The position numbers were made by a program, and so were the translations under genes. From Octopus vulgaris (lineage: Eukaryota): 64,000 nt of DNA. Position 1 is the first letter of the stretch, and the number at the start of each line of letters is the position of its first letter. Below are positions 1 through 12,844 of this stretch, piece by piece. The stretch covers positions 1,984,001 to 2,048,000 of the forward strand of contig OX597825.1 of assembly GCA_951406725.2 (NCBI GenBank). The letters are read 5' to 3'. Below the pieces are notes generated by a model. The model did not search any database. It had not been told where the DNA came from and saw only the letters and a list, made by a program, of their open reading frames with translations.

Positions 1-1589
1 GATTCCAGTGTGTCTTTGTGAAAACCATATTTTTGAAGTAAATGTTTAGTCAATTTGTCACACTGCCCATATAGCTATGACCCTATAAAGTGAGGAGACA
101 AGGAGTGGTTTTCAAATTCGCTACTTCCTCATTAGTTATAGATATTTCAACTAACGTTTTCCATTTCATGTATTTTAAATGTATTATTTATGGACCATGT
201 AATTTTTGTGACTTTCTTTGAGAACACGCTACTGTTTATTGTACTTGCTTCCTATTAACGATTTAATTAAATTAGTGAACCACTATTTTACGTTTCGTTG
301 ATCATGTTTATACACATTTATTGCTTTTGTAGTTTTACATTTGTTTTTCTTTTCATAAAAAACTACAACTCTACTAACTGACTTTTGGGTGTATGTAGTA
401 GAATCCATTTTGTTGCACGTATTTATAGTCTGAAGATCGCTCAACTGACGTCCGGATTACAACTGCGCACTCTCTTGGCTAGAACTAACATTTGTTACAT
501 GTTGTAGATTCTCGGAAGCCCATCTGCTGCTATAAGGGGCCAGCTGGGCTATTTACAGAGATAAAAATATTGGTTAAGACTGATTCATGTTGCGTATTTT
601 CTCCCTTCTCATAACGTTAACCGAAACTAAGAAAAAAACTCACTTGCAGTGACTAATTTAGATATCTTATGAAAATACATATCTTACGAAACTATTTGTC
701 ATTAATACTGTTACACAGTCATGTTCTATGTATATTGTTTTCTCAGGTCATTTGAAGGATGTTTCCTACACCTGGATACAAATCGCAAAACCATCAAAGC
801 CAATTTTGCAGTTATTGATTTCAGAGATATACTGTTATTGTCTATACTCCCGTCGCTTCCCAGACTTTAAGAATATTATCATGTGTACAGTTTTTTATAT
901 TTAATTTCACAATATGAGTTTCCATTTTTAGCCATAAACCAATAAATATCGATTTGCAGCACACTTCGCCAATCATTACAATCTATACAAATTTATACCA
1001 GAATGAATTCTGAATTCTTGCATTCTGTCTAAGTACCTAATACTACGCTGGTGTTTTTGGTGGGTGTTTTTAGTACAATAAAATTTGGTCAGTGTCAGAA
1101 GTGATATCACAGTTCGTTATAATATTTGTGGTACAGGGCTTAGAATTGTTCAAATACCGAAGTCTAACTTTCAAATTCTAACACCGAATGAAAACATATC
1201 AAAGGTCTACTGTTGTACGAAGAAAGCATCAAGTTTGATATTATTCCCAAATTTTACCATTTCTTTGTAATGTACAGTAAATTGTTAAAATCGGTAACGC
1301 GATAGGCATTCAGAGTTCACATTCCTTCAAGTGAACATTATCTTGTAACCTTGCTTGATAAAACAAAGCCCCTGCCAAGTTCAGTGTACAGGGTTCCAGG
1401 ACTCAGTTAATTATGTCATTTCTAGAAAATATTTGGTGATGTACCTTATTTTTAGAAAGTAAGCCTTCCTAATTTAGTATTGTGTGTAATAATAAGCAGC
1501 CATCATATGATGTTTTGATTATCGCTGTTTCTGTCGTACAATTTCGAAGGTTTTTGTCTAGTTTTATCATATCGGATTCCTTTTCCAAC

Positions 1590-1985
1590 CTGTTAACTTG
1601 CAGGAACATAAACATGCAATATCGGCCGTCAAGTTGTGTGCGACACACACAAACACAAACACATACACACAAACATATACATACACACACACACACACAC
1701 ACACATACACACACACACACACACTCACACACAAACACACATACAAACACAAACACACACACACACTAACACATACAGAGACACACAGAGACACACAGAC
1801 ACACACAGACACACACAGAGACACAGACACACACACACACACACACGCGCGCGCGCGCATACGACAGCTGAATTCACTCGCAAAGGCATTGGCTAGCCCG
1901 AAGCTATAGTAGAAGACATTTCCCAAGATGTCGTACACAGTGACTGAGCCTGAAAACATGGCTGCAATGCAAACACTTATCAGCC
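1590..1985 (-). mobile_element. Degenerate tRNA/CORE-like SINE (family B) with a greatly expanded internal (CA)n tract
   Basis: Reverse complements of 1870-1985 (gctatagtagaagacatttcccaag...) and 1590-1640 match the two halves of the family-B copies at 35857 and 44577; the internal microsatellite spans ~1643-1858. Confidence 0.75.
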
Positions 1986-3594
1986 TTGCATTCGCCTGTT
2001 TTCGCATCTTCTACATTGATACAGCTAAAAATAAGCCAATCCTCGTTTCATTTATATCATCTTTTATTTCATGCTTTGGTTTTGTTAAAGCTTGTGCTCA
2101 TCGAACAAATCTGGAATTAAATGCTTTTCAGTCGTGACTTTTCCGTAATTTCTTTTTTGTATATCCATGACTGCATAAACTAATATATATTCTTATTCAT
2201 TTTCGAAGACTTTCAGTGTAATTTGAGGCAAATTTGATTATTATTTTTAGTAGATGTACAGACGGGGTAGGGGCCTCTTCGTTTGTTAATCTGTGTAAAA
2301 TAATTTGGTGTCTATAACAAAATATACCATAATATTAATCCTAAAATTACATCTCAGTAGAACAGCGTGTATACAATATGGTATACATTTAGAGACTTTA
2401 TGTACAGCGAATGGTATCCCGGTAAAGTAGTATATATAATAAGATTCACTTTATCTCTGACTCGATTTTAAATGTGTACAGTAATGTAGGAAGCAGGTTA
2501 TTTCGCGCTGGAACTATTTCCAGTCAATAGTGTGAAGTGATCCACAGTCATTACGTATCAAGTTGGGAATTTTGAAATGGCCAAAACTTTGATCTTACAC
2601 AGTGCAACATCCTCAAGATATATTATCCCCATCGATTTATCATTTGCAAAATAAGATATTTGATAACAGTTGTCAACTATTTGATAAGTGACGCATTAGT
2701 GTATTCCTTTAAAGTATTTTATCACAAGGAAAGCAATTTTTTCCTTAGTTTTATTGAGTCTCAGAAAGGGAAACCAATATTTGGCTAACTTATCAATTCC
2801 TTTCATATGATACTTGGAGACTTTCCCACGTGTAGTCTCCAATTACCCATTAACGTTGCTTCGTAAATACTTGTTCCAAATTTCTTCAAACTCATTTGCT
2901 ATTTCATCGATGACCAAGATGGTTTGATTTATAACTGACAGAAAAAGAGACTAAACTACTCGTTTAAATATTATTGGTCCTCGGCGCAGGCAAAGTCATC
3001 TGTTTAACAAATTTACTATGAAGTACGTAATTCCAGGTTCGATTTCAGATTGATACAAGTCCTGTGGCTGATATAATCAGCCAAATACTTGAAGGCGGTA
3101 TACCACTATAACTACAAACCATTGACGGAAATCGCCGAAAAGAATAAAAGAATTATTCAGCATACCAGATAGCGAATTGACAGACTCATTTGTGCCTTCA
3201 AAGAATATCTTGCGACATACCAGCACTCTGCGCAGGGAGTTCAAATCCCGCCAAAAACGTCTTAATTTTTATAATTCCAGGGTTGATAAATAAACTACCG
3301 GAGTAGTACTGCGGTTGATTATCTTTTTATCTCTTCTTACTAGTACCCGTAATTTAAAGGTTCAACCTTGTTACATTGCATCACACTTATTCGACCTTCG
3401 ATCTGGGAACTTCGATCTATGCCCTTGAATTACGTCCATGACCATTTCGCGATTAAAAATTCAGTTGGAAGTTCCGATTAATGCTCACCGTCCAGTCAGA
3501 AAAGGAATTTATCTGCTATATCCAGCGCGTCTCTCTCACCCGTTAATTCGACATGAAAAGAATGTCCATGATTATGAAATCAGTAATTATAATT

Positions 3595-3780
3595 AAGACG
3601 GCGAGCTGGTAGGATTATCACCGCACCACGCAAAATGTTTAACAGCATTTCTTCCGACTTTGCGTTGTTCTAAGTTCAAATTCTACCGAGGTCAACTTTG
3701 CCTTTCTTTTTTCAGGGTCGATGAAATAAGGACCAGTTGAACACCGAAATTGCTGGCCGTGTGCCAAAATTTGAAATCAA
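3595..3780 (+). mobile_element. tRNA-derived SINE, family A
   Basis: ggcgagctgg head, gttcaaattc B-box-like motif, central gaggtcaactttgccttt...gggtcgatgaaataag module, gaaattgctggcc tail; flanked by direct repeat taattataatt (3584-3594, 3781-3791). Confidence 0.85.
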
Positions 3781-3799
3781 TAATTATAATTCTTTCTAG

Positions 3800-4000
3800 C
3801 TTTGACACACGGTCGGACATTTTTTAGAGGGTGTCGTGGCCTGTCGATTATATAGTCACCAATATTTTATCTTATCAAGCCCCTAAGAGAAGAAAGGCAA
3901 CGTTGACTTCGGCGGAACTTGAACACAGAACATATAGACGGACGGAATGTCGCTAAGCATTTTGTTTGGTTTGCTAACGATTCTGCGAGCTCGCTGCCAA
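3800..4000 (-). mobile_element. SINE family A, inverted copy
   Basis: Reverse complement matches the family-A pattern (aaaggcaacgttgacttcggcggaacttgaac...ctaacgattctgcgagctcgctgcc). Confidence 0.85.
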
Positions 4001-4731
4001 CTAGAATGTTCTGAATACAAGAATAAGTAGCGTAGTTGCAATAAATGTAGTTATAATGACAAAAAATAAAAAAGATTCGACAATTCGAGCTCGTGTTTAT
4101 TCACGAGAAAGAGAGGGAGATAGAGTGTATTACAAATGGAACTTATCTCCTAGCTATTTATATTTTAACTCCCACACTTCGCGGATTATTGACTGCGTAG
4201 AAACTGCGATTCTAGATTTTATCTGCTTCCTAACACGGAAGGGAATTAGTATTTAAAGATAGGAATTAAATCTATGAACACCACTTCAAATTGCCTTCAA
4301 CAAATAGAGTAAGTATCTGTAATTATGTATGATATTAAGAAAACAATTTGGCAGATTGCTTGAATTGTTGTATAGAATGCTTACTGGTATTTGTTGTGGT
4401 GGTTCAAATCCTGCAGGGATAAACTTTGTCTTGCATCCCTTTCAGGGTCGGAAAATAGAGTAATTGACCCGTGAAGTGGACAGGTAATAGTTTGAGAACG
4501 TTGGATTAGATTCCTTGCAGTATACATTTCGCCTCTTGTGCTCTGACGTTAATATTGGTGACAATTCTGGTATGAAATCGTGATCAGCCGTCTGTCCTTC
4601 TTTTAGAGAAGGCCAGTTGCGAGGAGATGGGTGACGTCTATGGATGAGCAAATTCTGATCTTTTACGAAATCACCTTACCAGGCTTGGGCTTTGAAGAAA
4701 TTTTCAGACACAGCTCCAGAGTCAGGCGATA

Positions 4732-4872
4732 TACATGGAGTAAATATCATTTGCCAACATAACATGGCAGTCCTGGTTTAGGACAAATGTTGCTGTAATT
4801 TAGCCCCAGGAGACATTCGTCCTAAACCAGGACTGCCATGTTATGTTGGCAAACAATCTTTACTCCAAAGTA
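4732..4872. repeat. Long inverted repeat (fold-back), ~54-bp arms and 22-nt loop
   Basis: 4737-4790 ggagtaaatatcatttgccaacataacatggcagtcctggtttaggacaaatgt is the reverse complement of 4813-4866 with few mismatches. Confidence 0.95.
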
Positions 4873-4947
4873 CTGTTGCTGAATATCTCTTGTTGTGAGA
4901 TTTAAAAATAGTAGTTTTCTAATATACATGGAGTCCCTGATAATATT

Positions 4948-5159
4948 CGTTTTAAATTTTGGTGCAAGGACTGAAATTTCGTGGGCGGGGCAGTGGATTA
5001 CATCGATCCCACAGTTCAAATGATACTTATTTTATTGATCCATAAAGAATGAAACGCAAAGTTGACCTCGGCGGAACTTGAACTCAGAACGTAAAGATGA
5101 ACGGAATGCGGCTAAGTATTGTGTCCGGCGTGCCAACGATTCTGCCAACTCGCTGTTTT
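4948..5159 (-). mobile_element. SINE family A with target-site duplication
   Basis: Family-A reverse complement flanked by gagtccctga(a)taatatt at 4931-4947 and 5160-5177. Confidence 0.9.
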
Positions 5160-5194
5160 GAGTCCCTGAATAATATTAATAATATTAATAAAAA

Positions 5195-5425
5195 TGGTAA
5201 AGCGGTGACTGAGAGAATCATTAGCACTCTGGGCAAAATGCTTAGAGACATTTCACCTGTCTTTATGTTCTGAGTTCAAATTCCTCCGAGCTTCACTTTG
5301 CCTTTCATCCTATCGAGGTCGATAAAGTGAGTACCAGTTGAACACTGGCGTCAATGTAACAGTCTTATCCTTCCAGGGCAGGAGGTAAGTGGATTGCATT
5401 TTCTACCAAAATCTGGAAACCAATA
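5195..5425 (+). mobile_element. SINE family A
   Basis: gagaatcattagcac...ctgagttcaaattcctccgagcttcactttgcctttcatcctatcgaggtcgataaag...accagttg. Confidence 0.85.
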
Positions 5426-7154
5426 TTGATATAAATGTTGCATTTGTTTGTGAACTCTAATCCCTGTCTCTATAATATTCCATAGAATAGAAGTTATTCC
5501 TCCAGTGTATTCAGGCATTACGGAAAGTTTCACAGTTGTTATTCATACAAACGCTGCAAAGTAAACAATCTTCCTGACTGTAATTGTAAACTCTTGTATA
5601 AAGGCACCAGATTTGTTTACGGATTTAATATTTTACTAAAAATTTGAATGAACGTGTGCAATTGCTTCATTTACTGATTTGCATTTATTTTCATCATTAT
5701 AAAAGAATTAAACACTTTATTTAGCAGAATAATCAAAGGAGCAGCCTGTATATTACAATCTTTTCCATCCACCAATGAACAAAATATTTCAACAGCAATA
5801 TTTGAAGCTTTCTTTCCTGTTTTTACACTAAATCCTTAAAACATTTTCCTTTGAGCCCTAGTTCTCTATGCAATTGTGAATGCACTATTTCATATCTATT
5901 GACCTAATGTCACATCAAAAAAGCTTTCTTCATCTACTCTTATTTAGTAGAGATCAATCATTTCGAAATAATCAAAGTGTCGATTATTTTTGCACCGCTA
6001 TGTTCATCCTATTGATACAGTTGTCTGTAATAATTCCATTTCATTGTCATGCATTAGAACAAACAATTGAACAATTGAAGTATGTTTGTTCTCATTGTTC
6101 GATACTTCTATAGTCTCCATTTAGTGGCAAGGTACTTATATACTGACATCTCAATAGCAGATATTGGAAATCGCAACTATTAAAAAGTGTCAGGAAATGT
6201 TTTCTCCTTATTTCTGTGTCAGTTACCAACATGTTTTCCGCTCAGAGTAAACTTGGCTTCCGCCTACAGAAAACATGTTTTCCGTTTAGAGATCTGCTAA
6301 GATACTTCTATCACGTATACGAGACAGAATAAAACGAAACTTAGAATAAAACGAAATACAAAAATTATCTTCTCTTTAATTATACTTTTAGTTTACATGA
6401 AATATAATTCTTTATTGAACTTTTCTTTTTGCTTAATCGGATTTCAGATTTTATTCTTTCTAAATCTGATTTTATTCACCAAATTCTACATAAATGTGAG
6501 AAAAACAGATCTCAATAACGATTTGACAGCAATATGTTAAACTTGTGTAAAAAGAAAACTGATGATTTTGTTGTTTATCCACAGATTAACCCCATTCAAA
6601 TCGATCAATGACAAAAGAGCTGGGGTTTTTTTCTCTTGCTGTACATCAAGGGCCACATAATCCTCCATTTTTTAAACATTAGGCCGTGACTTGAAAGAAT
6701 CTATCTGGCGTTTTTAACAGGGGGCGAATGAACGCATAGATGTTCACTTGCAGCTTATCAGAATCGTTTGCTTCAGTAAAATATATTCTTCGTATAATTT
6801 GTTTACATCTCTTAATGTTCCAAGTTCAAATCAAAGTAAGGCTGACTTTGCTTCTGATCATCCCCTGAAAGGTGTCGATAACAATAAGTACAAGTCATTT
6901 GCTGGAGATCGAACAGCTGCTCCTCTTTCCTAAGTGTGTGGCTTTGATTCTTATATCCTATTGTTTGTTTTCCGATACTATACATCCATCTCTGGAAGCA
7001 TTGCTGAAAACAATGTGTCTACGAATATTATCACTTAACATCTTTTGGTTACAGACTTTATTTAGAGCATGGATTGAATCTGATCGAACCGTTTTCTCAG
7101 CAGTACATTTGATGAAGTAAATTGTCAAAAAACAACAACGCGTCTAATAACTCA

Positions 7155-7370
7155 TCTCTTGTTGTTTGGCTTAGGTCAACTACGGTCGAGCAAGCTTATG
7201 ATCAAATGAACTCCAGCATGACCATCACGTCTTTTTCTTTCATGCCGTGAACCCAGCCTTGCTTTATCTAGTTTTTTTTCCATGGTTTTAGGCTGTACTT
7301 TAAATAAAGTTTAGCTGCTATTTCTAGCAGGTTCAATGAGGTGAGGTAGAGAGTCCTCCGTTGGTTTCTT
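7155..7370 (+). mobile_element. Old dispersed repeat, family C (representative copy)
   Basis: ttgttgtttggcttaggtcaac...atgatcaaa...ccagcatgaccatcac...ttagctgctatttctagcagg. Diverged relatives occur near 2220, 6690, 7800(-), 9150, 20470, 28670-29060, 29445, 35200(-), 37180(-), 38130(-), 45250, 60055 and 61220(-). Confidence 0.7.
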
Positions 7371-8244
7371 TGTGATAATATATTTAATTTTGTGTTAACA
7401 TACTTAATGTATTGAGCAAATGAATTTAAATTAACTAAATTTACCTTTTCAATGAAGAGAGAAAAACGTAGACTCAATGGTTAATAGTAATTAAATCTGA
7501 TCAATGCGAAGGGGTGACAACTCTGCAATTCTAATTATTTTCTATTTGAATAACGCATGCAGTTAGGAAATGAAAATATTCGTTCGAGAACTAATATTAG
7601 TTTAATCTCATCTTTGGCAAATATTGTAAGAACTTAGGACGTGCTAACGTAACTTTAGGTCTGAAATAGCGATGATTGAGAATTATAGTATTGCCATCAT
7701 TTTACCCACTATTTGATAGTATCAATTGTTTGCCTTTCAACATTATCTCAGTCGAATTCCCTTGCTCAAATAAAGAAATAATACCTTTAAGACAAACCAC
7801 TCGATTTTCTACAAAAAGCAGCCAAGTGTCACTGAAATCTTTACCTGCCACTTAAAAATTCAAACTTGATAATGTAATTTTAAATATAAAAAGAAAAGAC
7901 AGCAGTGTCATGGTTTGAACACACTTTACTCGTAGTCTAGTGTTTCGGTTATGATTTCAGGTTAAGTCTTAGCAAGGAAATGAACAAACGGCTTATCTGT
8001 GTGGCTTATGTTACAATGTGACAGCAATATCGGGTTAAGCCGTTAAAAGTAAGAGTCAATATCAATTGAAACAATGCCATAAGGTCCATTTGATGCCAGG
8101 TCAGCCATAATTGACAGAGCCATGATCAAAAGTATTCCAATATTTTTTATCCTGTATTCTTTTTTCAAACCAATATTTCATTCTTAGAAGACGGTAAGTA
8201 TAAAAAGGCAATATGGATTGTATTTGTAGCAGAATGTAATGATG

Positions 8245-8400
8245 CGTGGCCAGAATGTAGTGATACGTTAGGCAACTGGTTACTCGATCGCTAGGTCGTG
8301 GCTTCGATTCCCACTCTGTAAAAGACGTTGTGTTCTTGAACAAGGCACTTAACTTCACGCTCCTTCAATCCTCACAGTTGGCAAAAATGACTGTTAAAAC
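8245..8400 (+). mobile_element. tRNA-head/CORE-like SINE fragment
   Basis: B-box-like ggcttcgattccc followed by gttgtgttcttgaacaaggcacttaacttc, which resembles the CORE-SINE central domain. Confidence 0.6.
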
Positions 8401-8439
8401 TGAAAGGACGCTCTGTCTATGTAAAATTATCGCGGTGTT

Positions 8440-8479
<40 letters not shown>

Positions 8480-8736
8480 GGGGGATTTCAGAGTTTTGTA
8501 CTTCACATTATGTAGCAGGAGTGTGGACTTATTCCGTTGTCCCGCTTAAATTCATCAGTCGAAGTCCGGTGTTTTACAAGCTGTCATATCATATAACAAT
8601 AACTACCTGATGTTAGTTTCCTCCCTTCCTCCCACTCTCTCAGCAGTGCCTAAAAAAGACACCCCCATTCCCCTTTCTCTCAGGAAATCATAACAGATCA
8701 GATTAAGTTACCATATACATACGAGATCTTGAAGAA

Positions 8737-9346
8737 TGAGCCAAAGGGAATTTTGCATCGCTCAGATTGTCTTACGCATTTAATTCTTTCGAACCGAACT
8801 GAAAATGTGGTGGAAGGTGGGCAAAAGAAAAAATCGTAAATAACATATTTGTTTTCATTTTCTTACTTCATCATATTACAGACAATACATTAGATGGGTT
8901 ATAAATTTTACATTTCATTTATTTATCTTTTTTGTAAACTATATTTCCATCAGTTACACCACCTACACCCACACAGACACACACAGACACATACACACAC
9001 GCGCGCATGGACGCATGCACCCGCAAGAAATAAATGCCAGTCTATATATTACTTGTTTAGAAACATACGCACACACACACATACACACACACATCAGGAA
9101 GTATATTATCTGACATGTCCTTCATTTTACAAATGGTAATACGGTATAATTATAGCCGCTATTTCTAGCAGGTCGAGCGAATGCATAGAGACTGAGTCGA
9201 TGAAATAAGTAGCAATCACATATTGGAGTTCGATTCAATTGATTTTTTTCCCTCTCCTACAAATCTGTGCTAATGTGGCTGTATAAGAAATCATTATTTT
9301 AATGTACACACACGCACACACATACACACACACACGCACACACACG

Positions 9347-9377
<31 letters not shown>

Positions 9378-9394
9378 TATATATATATATATAT

Positions 9395-9441
<47 letters not shown>

Positions 9442-9875
9442 TATATATATAGGCGACAGGAAATATGAGCCAATATATCTCTCGTAGATTATTTATCCAG
9501 TATCTATTCAACTCTTACCTATTTTTTTTTATTTTCATTTTTAAAACAATTCGCATTCAATGCCTTTCCGTTTCTCCATTCCGCTCCGCTGATTTAATTT
9601 TAAAGATCAACACACGTGATATATGCATTTAATTCTTTCAATCTGAACTGAAAAATAAATATTAGTGGCAGAGGTGGGGGAGAAGAAAAAAATAATGAAT
9701 AATATTTTTTGTTCTCATTCTCTTATTTCATCATATTAGAGACAATATATCAGATAACATATATATTTTACATTTTATCATACTTTTTTAAAAACCATAT
9801 TTCCATTAGTTATATGCCCCCCCCCCCAGCGACACACACGAGAATTAAATGCCAGTGTATGTTTCTTATTTAGAA
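8737..9875 (+). repeat. Diverged local direct duplication (8737-9063 and 9625-9875)
   Basis: Both copies run gcatttaattctttc..gaactgaaaa..ttcatcatatta(c/g)agacaata..ttttacattt..atatttccat(c/t)agtta..taaatgccagt..tttagaaa. Confidence 0.85.
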
Positions 9876-10192
9876 ATGTTAGTATTTATATTTGCGTTGA
9901 TTATCGATATTATGTAAAATAAAAAGTAAGTGTTGCTTTGAAATCTATCTTCTGAATTTCTTCTATGAAGCGTCCTTCTTATTGAAACACCGTTATTTAT
10001 GTTCTTCACTTCATTTCAAACCCTTCATATGATACAGCATCACCACCAGTCCCTCCACTGTGGCGTACTTATTTATTTATATATGCTCGGTGGCGTATTT
10101 CTTTTTTTTGTAGAATATCTTTTCTTTACTCCCATTTCTCTGGACACATTTCAAATATTATTTCTTATTTTTTCCCTCTCTAGTTAAACGTT

Positions 10193-10195
<3 letters not shown>

Positions 10196-10245
<50 letters not shown>

Positions 10246-10338
10246 TATGTATGTATGCATATATATATATATATATTATACACATACACACATATATATA
10301 TTTATATGTATGTGCATCTTTATATATGTACATGTATG

Positions 10339-10385
<47 letters not shown>

Positions 10386-10511
10386 GTATATATATATCTA
10401 TATATCTATTTATCTATATCTATATCTATCTCTCTCTATATAAAGACCATAGTTTATTTAAGAGTAAATTTGTGCAAAAGAAACACAGAACAACAACAGT
10501 AATGATGAGGA

Positions 10512-10553
<42 letters not shown>

Positions 10554-10850
10554 CGATGATGATGATGATGATGATAATGATAATATCGACGACGACGATG
10601 ATGATGATTTCATTTGCCATGAGGACGACGAAAGGACGGATGTGAGGCCAAAGAGAAAACTAATACCGAATGCAAAATCATGGTTGAAGGAAGAAAAAAG
10701 TAGATAAACGTGTGGGAGGAGTTTTTGTTTGAGGGAAGGAGAATGCGAGGGCAATGAGTGAGTAGAGGAAAGAGCATCGAATGGAATGAAATTGCAGTGA
10801 GAATGAAAGAATATGAAAGAGTGTGTTTGAGTTATAGAGGGAAATAATCG

Positions 10851-10893
<43 letters not shown>

Positions 10894-10966
10894 GGGAGAG
10901 AGAGGGAGAGAGACAGGCAGGAAGAGAATGAAATAAGAAGAATGGAAAACATTAAGAGAAAGATTT

Positions 10967-11027
<61 letters not shown>
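10196..11027. repeat. Compound microsatellites: (TA)n/(CA)n, (GAT)n, (GA)n
   Basis: Directly visible; they generate the poly-M, poly-I, poly-S and YI ORFs. Confidence 0.97.
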
Positions 11028-11030
<3 letters not shown>

Positions 11031-11104
11031 GGACAAAATGGTATGGAGTCAGAATATAAATGTTGAAAGAGAGGTAAAGAAAATTACATCATTTGACAGT
11101 GAGG

Positions 11105-11320
11105 AAAGATGGTGAGCTTGCAGAATTGTTAGTGCGTCGGACAAATTGCTTAATGGGCGCTTTATATTCCGGATCCAGATTCCGCCGTCGTCGACCCTTT
11201 CTTTCATCCTATAAGACAGTGTTTCTTAACCAGTTTTTACCAGAGAGACCCTTCGATTCCTATATTATTCTACTCACCAAACTAAAATTGCTGGCCTTGT
11301 GCTAAAATTTGAAAGCACTA
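11105..11320 (+). mobile_element. SINE family A, possibly interrupted by a hAT-type MITE end
   Basis: ggtgagcttgcagaattgttag head and aaattgctggccttgtgctaaaatttgaaa tail; internal cagtgtttcttaacc (~11217) resembles a hAT/Charlie TIR. Confidence 0.65.
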
Positions 11321-11517
11321 TTTGAGAGTGAAATAGAGAGAAAAATACAGAAAGAACGCAATGTTTTTGGAAAGAGAACGAAACAATAATAGAAGAAGAA
11401 AAACGAAATTTCATTCGAAAGAGAAACTGATAAAACATCATTATCCGACGGAGAAGATAGATAGAGAGACTCAGTGTGTAACAGAAAAGAGATAGATAGA
11501 TAGATAGATAGGTAGAT

Positions 11518-11549
<32 letters not shown>

Positions 11550-12199
11550 TGAGTGAGGGAGAGAGTAATATCTAAATGAAAATGATTTAACAAATGAGTA
11601 AACTGCAAGAAATGAGAAAATGGAAAAGAAATGGAAAATGAGGAAGGCAAAATTAGAAGGAAGGGGGTAAGGGTATTAGAAGTCTGGAAAATGAAAGGCG
11701 AGGAAAAAGAAGGGAAAATTATCGGAAGGAGAGTCATCCTCTTCACAGGAAACACATAGAAATCTACCAGTTTGGTGTTTCGATACTTTAGAAGCAAAGA
11801 GACGCGTTAGAACTAAGAGTAAAATAATAAAGAGTTATGAATTTTTGTAATTAATTAGAATTATCGTAATGAAGAAATAAAATAACATTAGGTTAATTTA
11901 ATGGTTAATTCTGGTCTAGAAATTCTTGGAAGACAACGTTGGAGTTGAAATTAATTAAATATTAATTGAATAGATTAGTAATAGGAAGAAGTGAAGCGGG
12001 AAGTGTGTGTGTGTGTGTGTGTGAGTCTGATGTTTGGAAATACAGTGATATTTCTGTTGATGTTTTGGTATTATTAGACCTCATCAGCGAAGCGCAGCAT
12101 AATCATTACTGCCTGATCCTGGATGACCTGGTGGAATTTTAGTAAAAACATGACGACTAAGGTAGTTAACAGTTTTTTCTCTCACATCATCATCCTCAA

Positions 12200-12232
<33 letters not shown>

Positions 12233-12420
12233 CTTCTTCTTCTTCTGTTTTATACAAACTGGACGCAGGTGCCAACAAGAGCGTCAGGAGACAAGATTTT
12301 GCATCTAAATATGTGAGGCGCCATGAAATTGTGAAAAAAAAAAGAAAGATATCTGTTTAAAATCCAAATGAAAAACTCTTTATAACATTTAATACAGAAT
12401 GAACCAGATTACTTTGGAAT

Positions 12421-12826
12421 CACTGGTTCTTAACCGTAAATTTTTGTAGCCTCTAAGAAGTTGTTATGCCTAGCTCCCACCTAAGTGGCGAGAAAAGAAT
12501 CATGGCTAAACTAACTTAACATGGATGATAATTTATAAATTTTACTCTAAAAATAGATTGTATAAGTTTTTAGCAGAGAAATGATAAAAAAGAATAACGA
12601 CAAAACTTGTAAATGTGCAAGTTAATGACCTCCCGTGCCGGATGAGATCTCATTTTGTTTTCATATCCATTATTAGATTCATCATGTAGAATATCATTTC
12701 TACTATGGGTAAAATTTCCGATGTAATTATATTACCTTACCGCTCCCTCCCGCACCCTGAGGTCTAACATCCTTCGACATGCCCAGCGCCCCTTTGGGGC
12801 TCTACCACCCATGTTGAAAACCACAT
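12421..12826. mobile_element. Putative hAT/Charlie-type non-autonomous element (MITE)
   Basis: Left end cactggttcttaacc and right end gttgaaaaccac are imperfect inverted termini of the CAGTGGTTCTCAAC type. Confidence 0.5.
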
Positions 12827-12844
12827 TTTTGAATGGAAAAGAAT

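Larger units (their letters stand above)
2400..6250 (-). pseudogene. Decayed Cys-containing coding remnant (copy A), paralogous to 38657-41450 and interrupted by SINEs
   Basis: Manual minus-strand translation gives RCQY...DYRSIEQ*EQTYFNCSIVCSN (~6150-6050), EEIW (2876-2887), KYWFP (~2768-2782) and IK*/DNCYQI (~2655-2685, frameshift). These motifs occur in the same order in the 38.7-41.4 kb remnant. Multiple stops and frameshifts. Confidence 0.4.

Noticed and set aside
425-470. CTGAAGA hammerhead core
   Set aside because: No stem II followed by GAAA, and no cleavage triplet geometry.
2814-2842. 9-bp stem hairpin (ttggagact/agtctccaa)
   Set aside because: Short enough to arise by chance in 64 kb; no supporting context.
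12078-12161. Possible exon (ag...aag/gtagtt)
   Set aside because: Stops in the plausible frames and no recognisable protein motif.
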